A stretch of 64,000 nt of DNA from Oedothorax gibbosus (lineage: Eukaryota), in NCBI GenBank assembly GCA_019343175.1, contig JAFNEN010000097.1, forward strand, positions 93,448 to 157,447, in the 5' to 3' direction. The first letter of the stretch is position 1; every line of letters begins with the position of its first letter. Made by a program: the position numbers and the translations under genes. Shown in pieces: positions 38,290 through 52,032 of the stretch. A model generated the notes under the pieces. The model saw only the letters and a list, made by a program, of their open reading frames with translations. It did not search any database and was not told the origin of the DNA.

Positions 38290-39270
38290 GTTCTTGGAGG
38301 TTTACAGGCCCAGTTGACTTATGACTTTGGAGGGGGGCTCTGTGTGAGCCAAGCACCGCGACCAGGGGTCTATTGTACCATCCCCAAGAAATAAATCCCT
38401 CGTTCTTATAAGAAGAGCCCCGTTGCCGAAGCAAAATTCAGCAAGGATCTGATAGGAATATCCTGGAGTTCCCAGGGCTCGAGTAGGTGATGCCCCAGAT
38501 GCTCAAATCTGTGAGCTGCGAAATTTTCGCATTCACAGAGAATGTGGGTGACCGATTCATCCTTGTCCTTACAGCCTCTACAAGTGGGATCGTTGAGGAC
38601 CTTCATAATGGTAAGGTGCCTTTTAAGGGTGCAGTGGCCAGTAAGTAGACCTACAGCCCTGCGTATACCATTACGGTTTAGACCGAGAAGCTCTTTGTGG
38701 CGAGAGCTGGGGCAACCTGAGTTAAGTTCCCTAGCTTGTCTTTGATTAGTCGATCTACGCCAATCGGTGTACTGTTGATCTCTGAAAATGGATAGAACAG
38801 TACCTCTGATAATGTCACTGGAAATGCCAAGAGCAGGCTCTGGACCAACAAACGAGGTACTAGAACCTGACCTGGCCAGTTCATTGCCTGGAATTCCTGA
38901 ATGACCAGGAACCCAGGGTACTGTAACCTGGTTAGCGATTGCAAGGCTGCAAAGAAGAGTGTAGCATTCCCAAACCAAAGGTGAAGTGAATTTGGGCTTA
39001 AGTAGAGCTAAAAGAGCTGCTTGGCTGTCAGAGCAGATGGAAATGGATCTGCTGTGATAGCCCCTATGTAGGCAAATGTGACAGCACATAAGTATTGCAA
39101 AGACTTCAGCTTGGAAGACTGTTGAGTATCTGCCAAGAGGGAAAGACATTTTTGTTCCATCTGATGAACAGAAAACACCTGCGCCCGTAGAGCCTCCCAT
39201 TTTAGAGCCAACTGTGTACCAGACCACAAAGTTACTAGCACCGAAAGGATCAGTGTTCCAATCATTCCGA
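38290..39270 (-). mobile_element. Non-LTR (LINE) retrotransposon 3' fragment. It carries the ORF2 RNase H domain (VPGHSGIPGNELA) and a C-terminal CCHC-type zinc finger (HILCECENFAAHRFEHLGHH). It is GC-rich relative to its surroundings.
   Basis: Minus-strand ORF 38406..39437 (343 aa). Its N-terminal 60 aa are read-through of the adjacent SINE. Confidence 0.7.
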
Positions 39271-39530
39271 CAGGCCCAGTTGCTTAGTGGTAGTTCTTCG
39301 CATTGCCTTGCCACAAGTCCGGGGATCGAGTCCCAGATTGGATGAGGTTGACTCATCTTTTCTTCTCTTAAGTGGGTCGATAAAATGAGGACCAAGCATG
39401 CTTGGGAACTGAACACTGGGACCACCTCCCGAGACATATGCCTATCACCCCAGAGCCCTTGGTCACGTAACCTGAAATGGCGATTGTAGGCCTTGGCCCA
39501 CTTACAGGCTGTTGAACCAAAGAGTTAGTT
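39270..39530 (+). mobile_element. SINE family B copy, head-to-head with a LINE fragment. The six-frame ORF 38406..39437 reads through it artefactually.
   Basis: About 85% identity to the reverse complement of 34085-34385. tRNA-like module at 39290-39350. Confidence 0.65.
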
Positions 39531-39703
39531 TTAGTTAGCTCTTAGATATTTACATCATATTACAATACTTGAGGTTACACTCTCGAGTAATTCGTTTGTT
39601 TCAAAATAAATACTGTGTTGATATAATTAAAAAAAATAGTATTTGAAATGAAACATAATTTAAATAGTATTTCATTTATAGATTATTTATCTATTCCAAA
39701 CAG

Positions 39704-39866
39704 AATGCAGAATGCTTCCCATTCCTTGCTGGAACGCTATAAAAATGGTGTGAGCAAAGCTATAGAAATCTCAGCTCTTCATAACTTACAACCTATACCA
39801 GGCAAAAGTTTAGTTATCTGTGATGTTTTACAGCCTGATCAACTTGGAATCAAGAGCAACAGCAAG
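39704..39866 (+). CDS. TROVE gene exon 16 (KMQNASHSLLERYKNGVSKAIEISALHNLQPIPGKSLVICDVLQPDQLGIKSNSK). Start of a vWA-like segment.
   Basis: Acceptor ccaaacag, donor aag|gtatta. 'SLVICDV' sits where the Ro60 vWA metal-site region 'FLLAVDVSASM' lies. Confidence 0.65.
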
Positions 39867-41035
39867 GTATTAATTCCATTCGATTTTAATTTTTTTCTTC
39901 GAGAGTATTATATTTTGCATAACTCGACATGAAATATAAATCATATATCCACTTAAGTTAGGACTTTTTTTCTTGAATGTGTATTTATAAAAAAATTACC
40001 TTAAGGGAATTTCAGTTCTATCTTAATTAAGATTATCTTAGTAAATTTAGATTAATTAAACTAACAATTCATTGAAGTAAGTTGAAAAATAGTTTGTGTG
40101 GAATAATTTACTTTATTTATCTGCTGTCTTATTGTTGAGAAGCAATAATTGCTTTTATAAAGGCTTGGATGCTAAAGTTTAATATTTTACACTATTGCAG
40201 CCTATTTTTATTGATGTTAATCAAGCTTGTCTTCATAATTAGTTAAAAAATTTTCAGCTCAACACTCTAGAATAATTTTTAAAAACATTTTTAAATTTGG
40301 TTTTCCAGTATAAATCACTAGAAATGTTTATGATTGTTAGTTATAGAAAGCATTGAGCTTGTTTAAAGTAAGCAAATTTGCAGATTTTCTGGACACTTCG
40401 AACCGCTATTGGTTAATTAAATGAAAATAACTGTTTAGCTCTCGTGTGAGACTTTTTTTATGCCACTGTATATATGGAAAAAAAATCTATATATTATAGA
40501 TAAAAATGGAAAAAAAGAACTAAAGTGGTTTTTCCATGTTAAACACATTTATTGTTAGATTTTTATTTTTAAGGAAATTGAATACATGAAATTAAAATGA
40601 TATTGAATTCATTAATTCAAATTACCTCCTTTGTAAGTAAATACTGTCAAAATAGTGTTTTTTCTTCTTTTGTAATTGAATTTCATTGAATATTTTTATA
40701 TCTAAGAGAAAAATTATTTAAAATAAAAGTTTATGAAAAAGTACATTTAATTCCTAAAATTTTTTTTGAAAATATTTAAAATTATCTGAAAACACACTAC
40801 AGAAAGAGTAACCTTATAGACACCCACACCCACAGTTGAATATGATATATTCTTTGGCTAAAAAAGCCTAAGCTGGAAGTGGAATGAAATTGTAACTATT
40901 ATCCTATTTTTTAAAATTCGAATATAACACCTTGATAGTGTACAGGAGCAATTTTTTGTTAGATATCTATGACTAAAATATCAATTGAATAGTCTGGTAT
41001 AGATTACATTATACAAAATATTTTTTTTATTCTAG

Positions 41036-41194
41036 GCTTATCACCTTTGTGTTATGATGGGCTTGATGACTTTAAAGGCTTGTGAAGATTGTAAAATGTT
41101 TATAATCTATGATGATTTATCAGAGAAAATTGCCTTAAAAGAAGCTGCCCCATTCCTTAAAAACATGCTGGATGTTTGTTTACAACATGAAGAT
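41036..41194 (+). CDS. TROVE gene exon 17 (AYHLCVMMGLMTLKACEDCKMFIIYDDLSEKIALKEAAPFLKNMLDVCLQHED)
   Basis: Acceptor tttattctag, donor gat|gtaagc. 159 nt, in phase. Confidence 0.5.
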
Positions 41195-42055
41195 GTAAGC
41201 TTTTGTTGCTTAGTAATTTTGTATGCATTTTGAACATGAACTTTAATAAGCGAAAAAAAAGTTTAAATGAATATTTGAAAAGTTAAAAAAAATCCTGTAT
41301 TTGCAAGCTAAAATAAATGAATTTTTACTAGGTTATTTTGAATGGTTTAAAATGGCTTTAGTAAAAAGAAAACTTTAATCCACTGAAGAAGAAAAAAGTT
41401 AAAATCTCATTTTTTTTAAAGAAAATAACTACAGCAAAAATAAGTTTTAAGTAATCAGGGAAAGCAATTGAAGTTATAATATAAGTATCTCAAGGATATT
41501 TTGGGTCTGATGATTTTTCAGTTTTTTCTGAACTCAGACGGACCCACAAAACTAAGACTTCAGAAATCAATGAGAAACAATTTTTAATATTCTTTTGATA
41601 CCTTGTTAATTCAATATGCAGTGTATGTTTAATATGTTTTGGAAAAAAGTCTTTAATTTAAACTTCCTGTATGTTTTTTATAACTTAGTGGCACACTAAT
41701 TTAACTTGTATATATCTACCAAAAGATTGTAGGACAAATTAAAAAAAATTGAATATCATGCATGTAGTAAAATATTTATCACAAATTATTTATCTACCCC
41801 TTGAGATTAGTCATTAACAGATTGGACTGTATACTTCTAATCATAATTTTTTTAATGAAATTTGGAATTTTGCCTGGACTGATCTTTTGGTATCATATGA
41901 ATAGTCTTTGAATTTGTGTTTTAAGCTGTGAAAGTGGGTGGCAGACAGACTTACACAAAGATTATAATGCCTTCCACTATTCATGTTAAATGTACTGTGA
42001 AAGTATAATTTACAAAGTAGCATTTATTTTAAATTTTAATTTAAACTTTTTTTAG

Positions 42056-42148
42056 ATGTACCAAAACATGCAAAGACAGAATTCTGTGAAAGCTTTGAAA
42101 CATGTTTTAGACTTTTATTTGAAGCAACAAATGTTTTTTACTGAAAAG
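42056..42148 (+). CDS. TROVE gene exon 18 (MYQNMQRQNSVKALKHVLDFYLKQQMFFTEK). The gene continues, with downstream exons not identified.
   Basis: Acceptor ctttttttag, donor aag|gtatgt. In phase 0. Confidence 0.5.
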
Positions 42149-45100
42149 GTATGTAAACATAGTTAAAATGTTTTTTACTTAATCTATGCATAGTTTTAAG
42201 TTAAAACTGATATATTTTAAAGAGATGTTTCAATCATTAATTTAAAACTGGATTGAAATTTTTAACTAGATTGATAATATAATAGAGGGATAAAATAATT
42301 TAATTTTTCAAGTTATTTGAAGAATGACCTTACACAGTAAACTTCTTATTAACCACCTTGGAGATTATCCACCACTCATCCACGAACCCCCACCCCCTTT
42401 TTTCAAAGATATTTTATAAAAAGCAAGACAATGGTAGCTCATCTGTTATAAAACTTAATAGAAGATTGCATTTCAAGAACAGCTGTTGGAAATACCTTTA
42501 TATTATTTGCCTAGTTGTCAAAAGCTCTTTGTTCTACTGTGCATACCTGCAAAACTACAGTACTGTGCTTCACAAACTGTGTGAAAGTAAATTAAAAGTT
42601 TTTTGGGCTTGTTAATCAATTTTCATTGTCAATTCCCTCTCCTTACACTCCTATTCAACATTAGCTGATACCATTTCCTCAGCAAATCATATGCTCATTT
42701 TTAACAAAAAGCACCACTTGTAAAATAAGCTGGTCACAATTGCAATTGAACTGCTTTGTGATATTTTGGGTAGTAGGGAAACAAAATGAAAAAAAAGTAG
42801 CCTTCATGATAAAGGTATACTACTATTGATTTGAAAAATAGAAAATGGATCCTCTATAAAAGCAAATGTGCTTTCAGTATAGCTTTGTATGGTTTTAAGT
42901 TTTGTAAAATTATATATACTCGTATTTTTTAACTGTAATGTTTGTCGAGCCCACCTGACTTTCTTCTCTGGATAATATTACTTTACTTTATTAAAAACTC
43001 TCAGAAAGGCAATTTTGTGGATATTTTTTTTTACTTTTGCGGATTTTCCATGATTTCGCTTATCTGCCGATGCGGCACTACCTAATTTCGGGGATGATAG
43101 GTGTTTATTGTGTATATATTTTTATGAAAACCTCAATGTTTGCCTTAACATACCAAAATGAATGTTGCAGAAGAATGTATTAAAGGGAACATTGCTCTTA
43201 TAAATAGTTTTTAAGGTAGGATGTATTGGAAAATAATCCCCAAACACTAGGTCTTTACCATTTGTGAAAAATCACATTTTTTCATGCAGTACAACTTCAT
43301 TAACATGTTAACAACTTATGAAATTTTTATTGTGAAATACATATTCCACAGACCAGATTTAATCCACTTTCTAGTCGATTGCAGGACCTTTCTTTTAAAG
43401 TCATTGAGTGTAGTCATTCAGTAAGAAATCAAGAAGTATAAAAATGTAAACATTTATTAAATTAGAAAAGATTGGCTTATTAATAGAAAATGGTTTGTTA
43501 GTGACATATGCAACACTTTTATTAAAAATTAGAAAAATGTAGAATTGTTCAAGATCCGATATAATAGCCTGTTGTCTAGCTCTAGTCCAACATTAATTCA
43601 ACAAAGCAACAAAGATCTGATATTTTCAACTGAAATCTAAAGTGTATAATGTTCATTTAACCAAACAAAAACTGAAATAAAGCTTTCCTAAAAAAATCAA
43701 AATTTAATCACTTGCACATTTTCCCCAAGAAGGCCTCAAGGAAGAGCACATAGAAACCACTGATCTCAAGGGTTAATGGATCCCAGAAAGCAACTTCTGC
43801 TAAACAAAGGTTTAAAGTCATATTTTTTCTAAAGTCAACCCCAAATTTACGTCTTACAATAGACTCTCTATCTAAAATTTCCCTCTTTAAAAAAAATTAC
43901 TGTGCATTAAGTCTTTTGTTTATGGATGTGCTATAACTTTTACACAAGCACACTTGAATTAATGATTGTAGAAAAATTATGGCTGAGTGCATGTTAAATT
44001 GTGTAAATTTGGTTTTATCAAACAAATAAGATTTTATCCTTTAAAGTATTTTATTTACCAAAAAAACACAATAAGCAAAATTATATATATTATTGTTTCT
44101 CTAAAGTATATTTATGTCATAGTTGTGTGCGTGTGCGCACACGTGCGGGTGTGTATTATAAAATTATGTTAGAAGTAAGACACCTCTCTTAGTTTTCACA
44201 TTGATGTTATTTACAATAGAAATTAAAGAAACAAGGGATAAGGAATAAGTACGAATTATACCATATTTTCTAAACTAAAAATAGTTAAGACCTCTTTACT
44301 TATTATCACTTCAACAATTCATTAAAAAGATTTTTTATATTGCAATTAGATAACTCTTTATTTGTAAAGGTTAAAAAAAATATCGAAATATGAAGTGAAA
44401 AACAGCGCCTACCTGTCACTCCCGAGACAAGTCATACCCAAACCAGGCTTCAGTGCAGGGTATGGGGGCAAAAGAGTTTAAGATTATAAATGAAACTTTA
44501 AATGCAGTTGACACACAGTGTAAAAATTAATGTGGAATGGGTTCTTTAGGGAGTATTCCAAATTTTGTGTTTCAATGAAGTAATTATATTTAATTGCTAT
44601 ATATTGCCAGGGTGACCAAGAAAATATTGTCTTTCAAGGAGACAATTGCAATTTTTCTTTGAATACTATTTATTACTAAACTGCGGTGGAAAAGTAAATT
44701 GCAGTAACTTAAAATTTTATATATATATATATTGCTAACTACGATTGTTTAGTAATTTTTGAAGCATTCAAAGTGCCAGTTTTTGTGCTTGGGGACCAGC
44801 CAGGGGACTGACATTTTGCATACATTTTAATTTTTAAATAATTCTTAGATGTTTTTTCTAAGTTAATAATTCAAGTAGTAGGCAAAAAATATACATATTT
44901 TAATAACAAAATTTTTGGGGTAAAATTGTATTAAATACTTGTAAAATCAAATGGGACTTCGTTTTTTCCTGTTCCATAAGAATGACCCATATCTGTCCAA
45001 CTGATTCACAACTTTTCTAATAATTTGTATGTCAGGTAATATTACCTTCAGTATTTTATAATTTTGTGTTTTCTTGGTTATTAAACATTATACAGTCAAA

Positions 45101-46544
45101 CCCCGCTATAATGAACCTGGGATATAGTGAACCCTCGCTTGTAGTGAACCTTTTTAGAGGTCCCTTTTGAACTCCTATTTAACTTAAGTTATTTTTATGG
45201 ACATAGTGAACCATGAAAGTGAAAAGAAAAACAACGTAATTATTAGTTTAATTGGTTTATATGGTGAAATTGTACATGTTTCGGTAAGTCGAGGCTCACC
45301 TTCTTCAGCATTGTACACAAACAAACTGACAGTGAACACGATGGCTGTGTAATATGATATCCAGAAAAGGGGGGGGGGGGTAGAGGGAAAGGGCGGGGGA
45401 ATGTGGTGGGGGAAAAAGAGAGAGAAAATTTACTCTGTTGCTATAAGGCCCTTCCAAATATGAGAAAACTCTGGCATGTTGGATGAATTAACAAGGTTAT
45501 TATGGTTTTTAAGTGTTGTAAGTTTCGTAAAAGTCAAGTTCCCCAATGCTAGAAGGTTTGACCAAAATTGAAGCTGAGGAGAAATTGAAACGGTGATTAA
45601 ACTCCCAAGAATGTGTAGAGACTGAAGATTTCTGACATTCTCTTGTTTTTTAACATACGCTTCTTGTTCTTTAAATCTAACTATCAGTGCTCTCTTCGTT
45701 TGTCTTATGTATGAAAGGTCGCATTGGCAAGGGATATTATAAATGCCCTAGTCATTAAAAGTATCAATGGAGTCTTTGAGATTGGAAAGCTTTAATATGT
45801 TGGTAGGAGAGAAAATAACTTTAAATTGAAACTTTTTTTTTAATGTTAGCAATGCTGTTACTGATTTGGTGATAATAGGGCAGGACAATTGAGACAAATA
45901 GGGTTCCGCTTAGAAAATGAGAGTTTGCTCGTAGTAAACCCAAATTCCCCGTCAATATTTTTTCTTTATAATTCTATATTTTAAGTTATATAACTGGTAA
46001 GCGAGAAAACAATCTTTAATAATGGGTAAAATTTCACTCAAACTAGACCGGTTTCATAGTAAACAAGAAACATGCTTCTTCTATCCCCCTAAGTTCCAGG
46101 AACCAACCTTTCTTTTTAAACCATCCATCTCTTCCACCTTCCCCCACTTCTCGATTTCTGGGAGGTGTGTTTGGTCAAACGGCAGTACTGTTGCTACCTA
46201 CCCTACCCCCTCTAGAATTCAATGAAGCCATTCATCTCACTGTCCCCAATTGTACTTATTCTTTACAACTACCCCTTAAACACTGATCATAAGTGGAACG
46301 TTCCAATATCCTGTCATTTAACCTGTACTTTACAATCACTCTTTCACTTTTCATGAACGAATTTAAACACATTTTGAATTGGAGAAAACAATCTTGACAA
46401 ATAATGGACATCTGTAAAGAGAAAAGCCTTCACAATTGAAGATGGAGCCAGTCAATCGAGGATATAAAATATTTGTCCCTTATTTCCTTGTACACAGTTT
46501 CCAACATATAGAAAAATTGGAATTAATCTAATTTAAAATGTTAT

Positions 46545-46625
46545 TTTTTAATATTCTTTTTAATTCGATTGATTTATTCAAGATGTTTAATATTCTTTTT
46601 AATTCGATTGATTTATTCAAGATGT
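46545..46625. repeat. Tandem duplication, about 40 bp (AATATTCTTTTTAATTCGATTGATTTATTCAAGATGT) x2
   Basis: Direct repeat. Confidence 0.8.
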
Positions 46626-46899
46626 GCAAAACCATTATTATAATTTTCCTTTAAAAGCCTTATATCGTATAAAAATATTTCAGCAAAATTGGCTATAGTG
46701 AACCAAGTGTTTTCGCCCCAGAGGGTTCACTATAGCAGGGTTTGACTGTTTATTACTTTTTTTTATTAGTTGTATTATTGCAAAGTCCTATTTTATCTCT
46801 AAGACTATAGCTACTATCATTCTAAAATTATTTGGGAGAGCATTGTTTTTAGAAGCCCTACAAGTTAAATATTCTACAATCTGTTTTTTTTTTAAAAAA

Positions 46900-47145
46900 A
46901 CCTGGTGCGGAGTTACAGCAAATAGTGGGCCAAGACCTTCTATGTCCATTCCAGCTTTTTCTCGTGATTAAGTCATATTGATTGGGATGTCAAAAAAATT
47001 TTGTGTGGAAAGAATATGCCCTGATTAAGCGATCCTTATCACGTGGAACCCCCAGTGTTTGGTCCAGCATACATGCTTGGTTCTCATTTTATCTACCCAC
47101 TGAAAGGATGAAAGCTAAGTGAATCTTGCCCAATCTGCACAATAC
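46900..47145 (-). mobile_element. SINE family B, head-truncated copy, directly followed by repeat family C (47195-47420)
   Basis: The core ..CCCCCAGTGTTTGGTCCAGCATACATGCTTGGTTCTCATTTTATCTACCCACTGAAAGGATGAAAGCTAAGTGAATCTTGCCCAATCTG is conserved. Confidence 0.55.
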
Positions 47146-48712
47146 TAATCCAATACCTTTAAATCACAATTTTGGAAGATAAAGCAGTTACCTGCCTACT
47201 GTCTTGTCATGGTAGTACAAAAAAGGAAGGCAAACTGCAACTGCAGTACATGATATTTCTCTGCGTGTACATTAAAAAATCAAAATAAAACCAACTACCT
47301 ATAAAACATTTTTAAGTCAAAGCTAAGAATCCCTAACTTCGAATTTCAATATTCTACTTTAGTTCGTGGGAGATCAAAAACCTGTGTGGTCAAATATCTC
47401 CGAAACACATTTTTTGTGGTTATTGAAGTTTTTGTAACTATACATGTCTTTTGTAACTGAGCAAATGTATTATTTTACATTTATTGTGATTTTTCTAATA
47501 TAAGTTGCGTAGTCCTTGTTAGATGTGGCAAAATGATGTAGATCATTAAGACTTTACAACCCTTTATTAAGTTTCAAATAAGCATGTATTTGTTAATAAA
47601 TAAGCCAACAATCAATATTGCAAAAACATACAAAAATATATAATTTGACTGTTTTTATACTTAAATAGAAACATTAAAATTTTTTCACGGATATGTTACC
47701 TTTTAGTTAGTTTTTGAAGCTTCAGCACTACTTAAATATTTAATCATAACTTTTACAATTTATTCTGAATAATTATTTAACACTGTAAATGAATTCTTTT
47801 TGATTGTTAAACTTTACAAATGCACTGAATACCTATTAAAATAAAAACTATTTGGTTTATAATTATTTTTAAGCATACAAGACTTTTACATATATTATAT
47901 ACTAGAATAATATCTGCACACTGTTTTGCAAAAAGTTGTGGGCATTGCAGTTTAAACTAATTTTCTTGATAAATATTATATCATAAATTATTTTTGATAT
48001 TATGACTTTTCCTTAGGAATTTTGAACATAAACATGTTCTTAAGGAAGTAACATTTTTTTTGCAAACTATCTTATTGGAAACTAAATGAATATTATTATT
48101 TAAAGTTAGAATTTGAAACCAAATCAAAATTTTCTGCCTTTTTTTTTAAACTAGCTTTTATAAATCTAAAAATTAAGTTGATACCACAAAAATTTGATTT
48201 GTTTCATAAAAAAAAATATGACATTTTTAACACTGTTTAATTTTTTAAAAATTTAAATTTTAATCCACCTTACAAAGAAAAAATTGCTTAAATTGCCAGT
48301 TATTTGCATCTGTAACATGAAATGGTATTATCTAATAAAAATTTTTCGAAATAAACGCTCATTATTTGTGCTAAAACATAATTCATTTAACCATACACAT
48401 TTAATGAATAATAAATCTCATTTGGAAGTATATATACACTTATTTATCGCCATACAAAATAATGACCTTCTAATTTAAGTTATTTTAATCTGGATGGTGG
48501 GAACCTCACTATCCTGATTTCTGAGCACACTCGAGAACAAGAAAATAAATAAAATAATTTTATTTGTTTTCTAGTATTTTTATTCCTCAATATAATTTGT
48601 AAGCTTAGTTTTTTTCAACAGAAATCAATTTGTAGTTACATAATACAATTTCAAAATATTTTTAACATACAAATAAAATAGGCAGAATATTTCATTTACT
48701 CATTATTTTTTT

Positions 48713-49027
48713 CTAATTAACAGCTTGTGTATAAAGTAGTAATACTATGGTGGTAAAAATATAATATATTGTTCCCATAAAATAATACTTAGTTCCACCA
48801 GAAAAACAATCAAGTTCTGTCTGAAATACATTAATAATCGATCTATTATTCATATTAGTACAAGTTGCTTCTCGCATATCATGTAAATAATCATCTTCAC
48901 AGAAGTTTTCTTCACACTTGTTTTCATATTCATATTCTTCCATCCATGTTCTTATCCAAGCAAACTCACAATCACAATGTAGTTGATTCCCATATAGCTG
49001 TAAACGTTTCAAATATTTACCTGGAGC
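48713..49027 (-). CDS. LRR surface protein, terminal exon (APGKYLKRLQLYGNQLHCDCEFAWIRTW...). LRR C-terminal cap, then a hydrophobic C-terminus (YYIFTTIVLLLY) and a 3-aa tail, then stop. Putative GPI-anchor signal.
   Basis: Minus-strand acceptor ttaattacag|GCTCCA, in phase with exon 2. The C-terminal-cap signature is 'LxLxGNxLxCDCxxxW'. Small residues (CFSGG) precede the hydrophobic tail. Confidence 0.75.
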   Translation of the reverse strand, partial: APGKYLKRLQLYGNQLHCDCEFAWIRTWMEEYEYENKCEENFCEDDYLHDMREATCTNMNNRSIINVFQTELDCFSGGTKYYFMGTIYYIFTTIVLLLYTQAVN

Positions 49028-49668
49028 CTGTAATTAAAACTTAGATTTTAGTCATTTATTCATGTAAAGTATTTTTGAAAAATTATGTGGCAGGTTTATA
49101 TGAAAATACAATTCAATTACTATTTTTTTGTGAGAAAATTTCCATTGCTGTGTTCTGCTGCTCCAACCTTAAATTGGTATATTAATGATTATAAATTTGT
49201 ATTACTATGTTGACATCCAAACAAATTTAGTCAGCCATGTAATTGTGGAAACATTAAAAGGGTGTTTACTCACTTAAATTAGGGGAATAATTTTTTAATT
49301 AGGGTATTTGCTAATATTTTTTAAATATTACTGGGGTACCCCAAAGTGTATATAACATATTCTCAAGTTGTTGTAGATCACAAATGAGTATCCAATAAAT
49401 TTTTGGTCCTCAAAGGTTGATTTCTATCAGATGAATATCTTTTAGACGTAGCAATTTACTAATATGCTTATAGTACTACATAAGGGAATAGTTTCCTCAT
49501 GTCGTACTTGTTTTATTCATACTAACTTGTTTTATTCCTCGGTTATTAGGAAATGCTAGCGTACTCTGTACTTCATGTTTGTAATATTTTTTTGTTTTAA
49601 TACATAATTACATATAAGAATGTGTCTTGCAAAGTTTTCAAACTAAATTCAGTGCAAATTTAATTTTA

Positions 49669-49970
49669 TAACAGACTGCTCGACTCGCCAAGAGAGCGAT
49701 CGCCAAGAGAGCTCGTCAAGAGAGCGCCAATAATGCCCTTGGTGCGCGAGTTGGAAAGAAGCGTTTTTTTCTCCCACGGACCTTCCAGACTGAGACGTTG
49801 AATTGTGTCGTGTTCGAGTGATTTTTGTTTTAAATGATATTACGTTTTGTCGTCCTGTCTGTGCTTAAAAATGCTGTAACAAAAAGTTAGCTCATCAAGT
49901 AAATGTGTATATTACAATGTTACTCTGTGTTTTTTCGTATAAACACATAAGTGAAGGACAGTGATTATAA
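49669..49970 (+). repeat. 5' LTR (about 302 bp)
   Basis: Begins TAACAGACTGCTCGACTCGCCAAGAGAGCGATC.. and ends ..CAGTGATTATAA, followed at once by the primer-binding site. Confidence 0.85.
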
Positions 49971-50798
49971 TGGCGCCCAATAAAATGGGTACGAACTCGT
50001 TTCGAAATGTTAGCACGGCCGTTTTAAACAAAATGGCGTCATGCTATTCAACACAACGTGTTTTCGTGAAGGATTAGTACCATGGCCATTGGCCAGGTAC
50101 TATATGGAGCTGCCAATTTCTTGAATTCCCATGCAAAGATAAGTAAAAACTTTCTTTAAAAGGAACTACTAAAGGAATAACGTTTAGAAATTGAATGAGC
50201 TGTCTTCAAAGAAGAAGAAAATTGCTGTTAGCTTTACAGCTGAAGAATAGCCTTCGCTATTACAAATACGAAAATTGAAAATTTTCTGTCGCTTTTACAG
50301 AATTTTTTTCGGATACTGGAATACTCCTATTTGCATACCATTCGTTTTGTAGTACCTGACAAAACTTTCTTGAAATTTTTGAATGGAGTAAATATTTCAT
50401 CCTGAAATAAAAATTGCAGTTCTACTGTTTTTGGGAATTATAATAATAATTCAGTTATAGGATTATTTCGTCTAGAAATGAAAGTGCATATTATATGGTT
50501 ATATAAAAAGAACTAATCACGTGGTTCTGGTTGTATATAAAATTTATTATTTCATCAAGAAATAAAGTGTATATATGGTATTAATACACTGGGAAGAAAA
50601 ATTAAAATTCTGGTTGAATATAAAATTTGTTTTATCGTAAATTCAAATAGTTATACAAGTTTTTATTAGTGTTGTCGTCAATAAAATTGTGCACGTAATA
50701 ATTTCGTTCGTTAACACTACGAGTATTAAGTTCCGAAATAAAAATTGAATTTTTTTGGTGATATTGGAAAGATAACCAAATATCTTTGAGTAATAAAA

Positions 50799-51937
50799 TT
50801 GTTATTTATTCTTATAAATACCGAAGTGTCACAATGGCGTACCTATCTAAAGGAAAAAAATCAAGATATTATTGAGTTAGCTCGTGAACTTGATATACCA
50901 ATTGATGAAAATTTCAGAATTCTTGAAATTAAAGATGCAATAACTAAATCGGTCTCATGTGACGAAGAATTCACAAGTGGTGTATTATTGAGGATAATTG
51001 AAGAGCGAAAAGAAAATGAAGCGTTGCAAGCTTCCGAGAAAAAGAAAGTAGAAGAACAAGAAATACTTTCTAAAGAGCAGGACAAACAGAACAATTTTGA
51101 GTTGGAAAAACTCCGACTGCAAATCGAAGCCCAAAGAATGGTTCAACCATGTACTATTGCAAGTGTTGCGTTCCCTACTCAACCCCAGTTGCAACTGAAA
51201 AATCTTTTTCCAGAATTTGATGTGAAAGAAGACGACATGTCTTTATACCTCAACTTGTTTGAACGTCAACTGAAATTCTTCAAAGTTGAAAAGTCAAGCT
51301 GGGTAGCATATTTGCTAGGAGCACTGCCCACTGATGTTGCACAACTAATCAGACGTGAGCCAGAGGAACAGTCACAAGACTCGATTACTTAAAAGGAATT
51401 CTTCTGCAACGTTTCCGATTGACTGCCGAGAAGTTTAGAAAACGGTTCTCCGAAGCAAAGAAAAATCCTGAGATGACATGGAAAGATTTTTTCTTTGAAC
51501 TGCGCACCTTTTTCGAAGGCTGGTTGGAAGAACTCCAGATTACAAATTTTACCCAACTCAAGGATCTTATCATTTGTGACCAAATGAAAAGAAGCACCCC
51601 AGAATGTCGCCAGCACTATCTGGATGTGTGGGAAAATCTGAACAACCCGTCAGAACTAGCTGAAAAACTGGATAGTTATGAAGGACTTCGACCAACAACG
51701 CTCGGAGCACACAAGAAAATGGTTCAATCAAAAAGTTACCGAAGTCAAACGAGGTGCTCCTCATCCCAGAAGAGGAAATTTTGTTTCCAGAAACTTGGGA
51801 TATCCAAAGAGAATCCTGAGAACCGTGGATCCTCATTCAAAATGCGAGAAACCACGCTTACCCTGACAGAGCACAGTTTCCAGCTGCAATACCCAGAGAA
51901 AACAGAGCCGAAAATCATTCGTAAGAAATACCAGTGA
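50799..51937 (+). pseudogene. gag (capsid-like) region, split by a frameshift/stop near 51392. The CCHC zinc knuckle (CYGCGKLGVIKRKC) lies in a third frame at about 51935-52000.
   Basis: ORFs 50799..51392 and 51419..51937 are in different frames. Confidence 0.7.
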
Positions 51938-52032
51938 TTACCTGTTACGGATGTGGAAAATTGGGTGTTATAAAACGAAAGTGCCCCACATGTTCTCCAG
52001 CTTCAAGAACTGAAACAACATAACTGAGTTCT

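Noticed and set aside
38406-39437. A 343-aa ORF read as a single-exon host gene
   Set aside because: It is a chimera of a SINE read-through (N-terminus) and a LINE ORF2 RNase H and zinc-finger fragment.
42358-42615. The 85-aa + strand ORF as the next TROVE-gene exon
   Set aside because: It shows no splice acceptor in phase, has low-complexity composition, and has no resemblance to TROVE, vWA or NACHT sequence.
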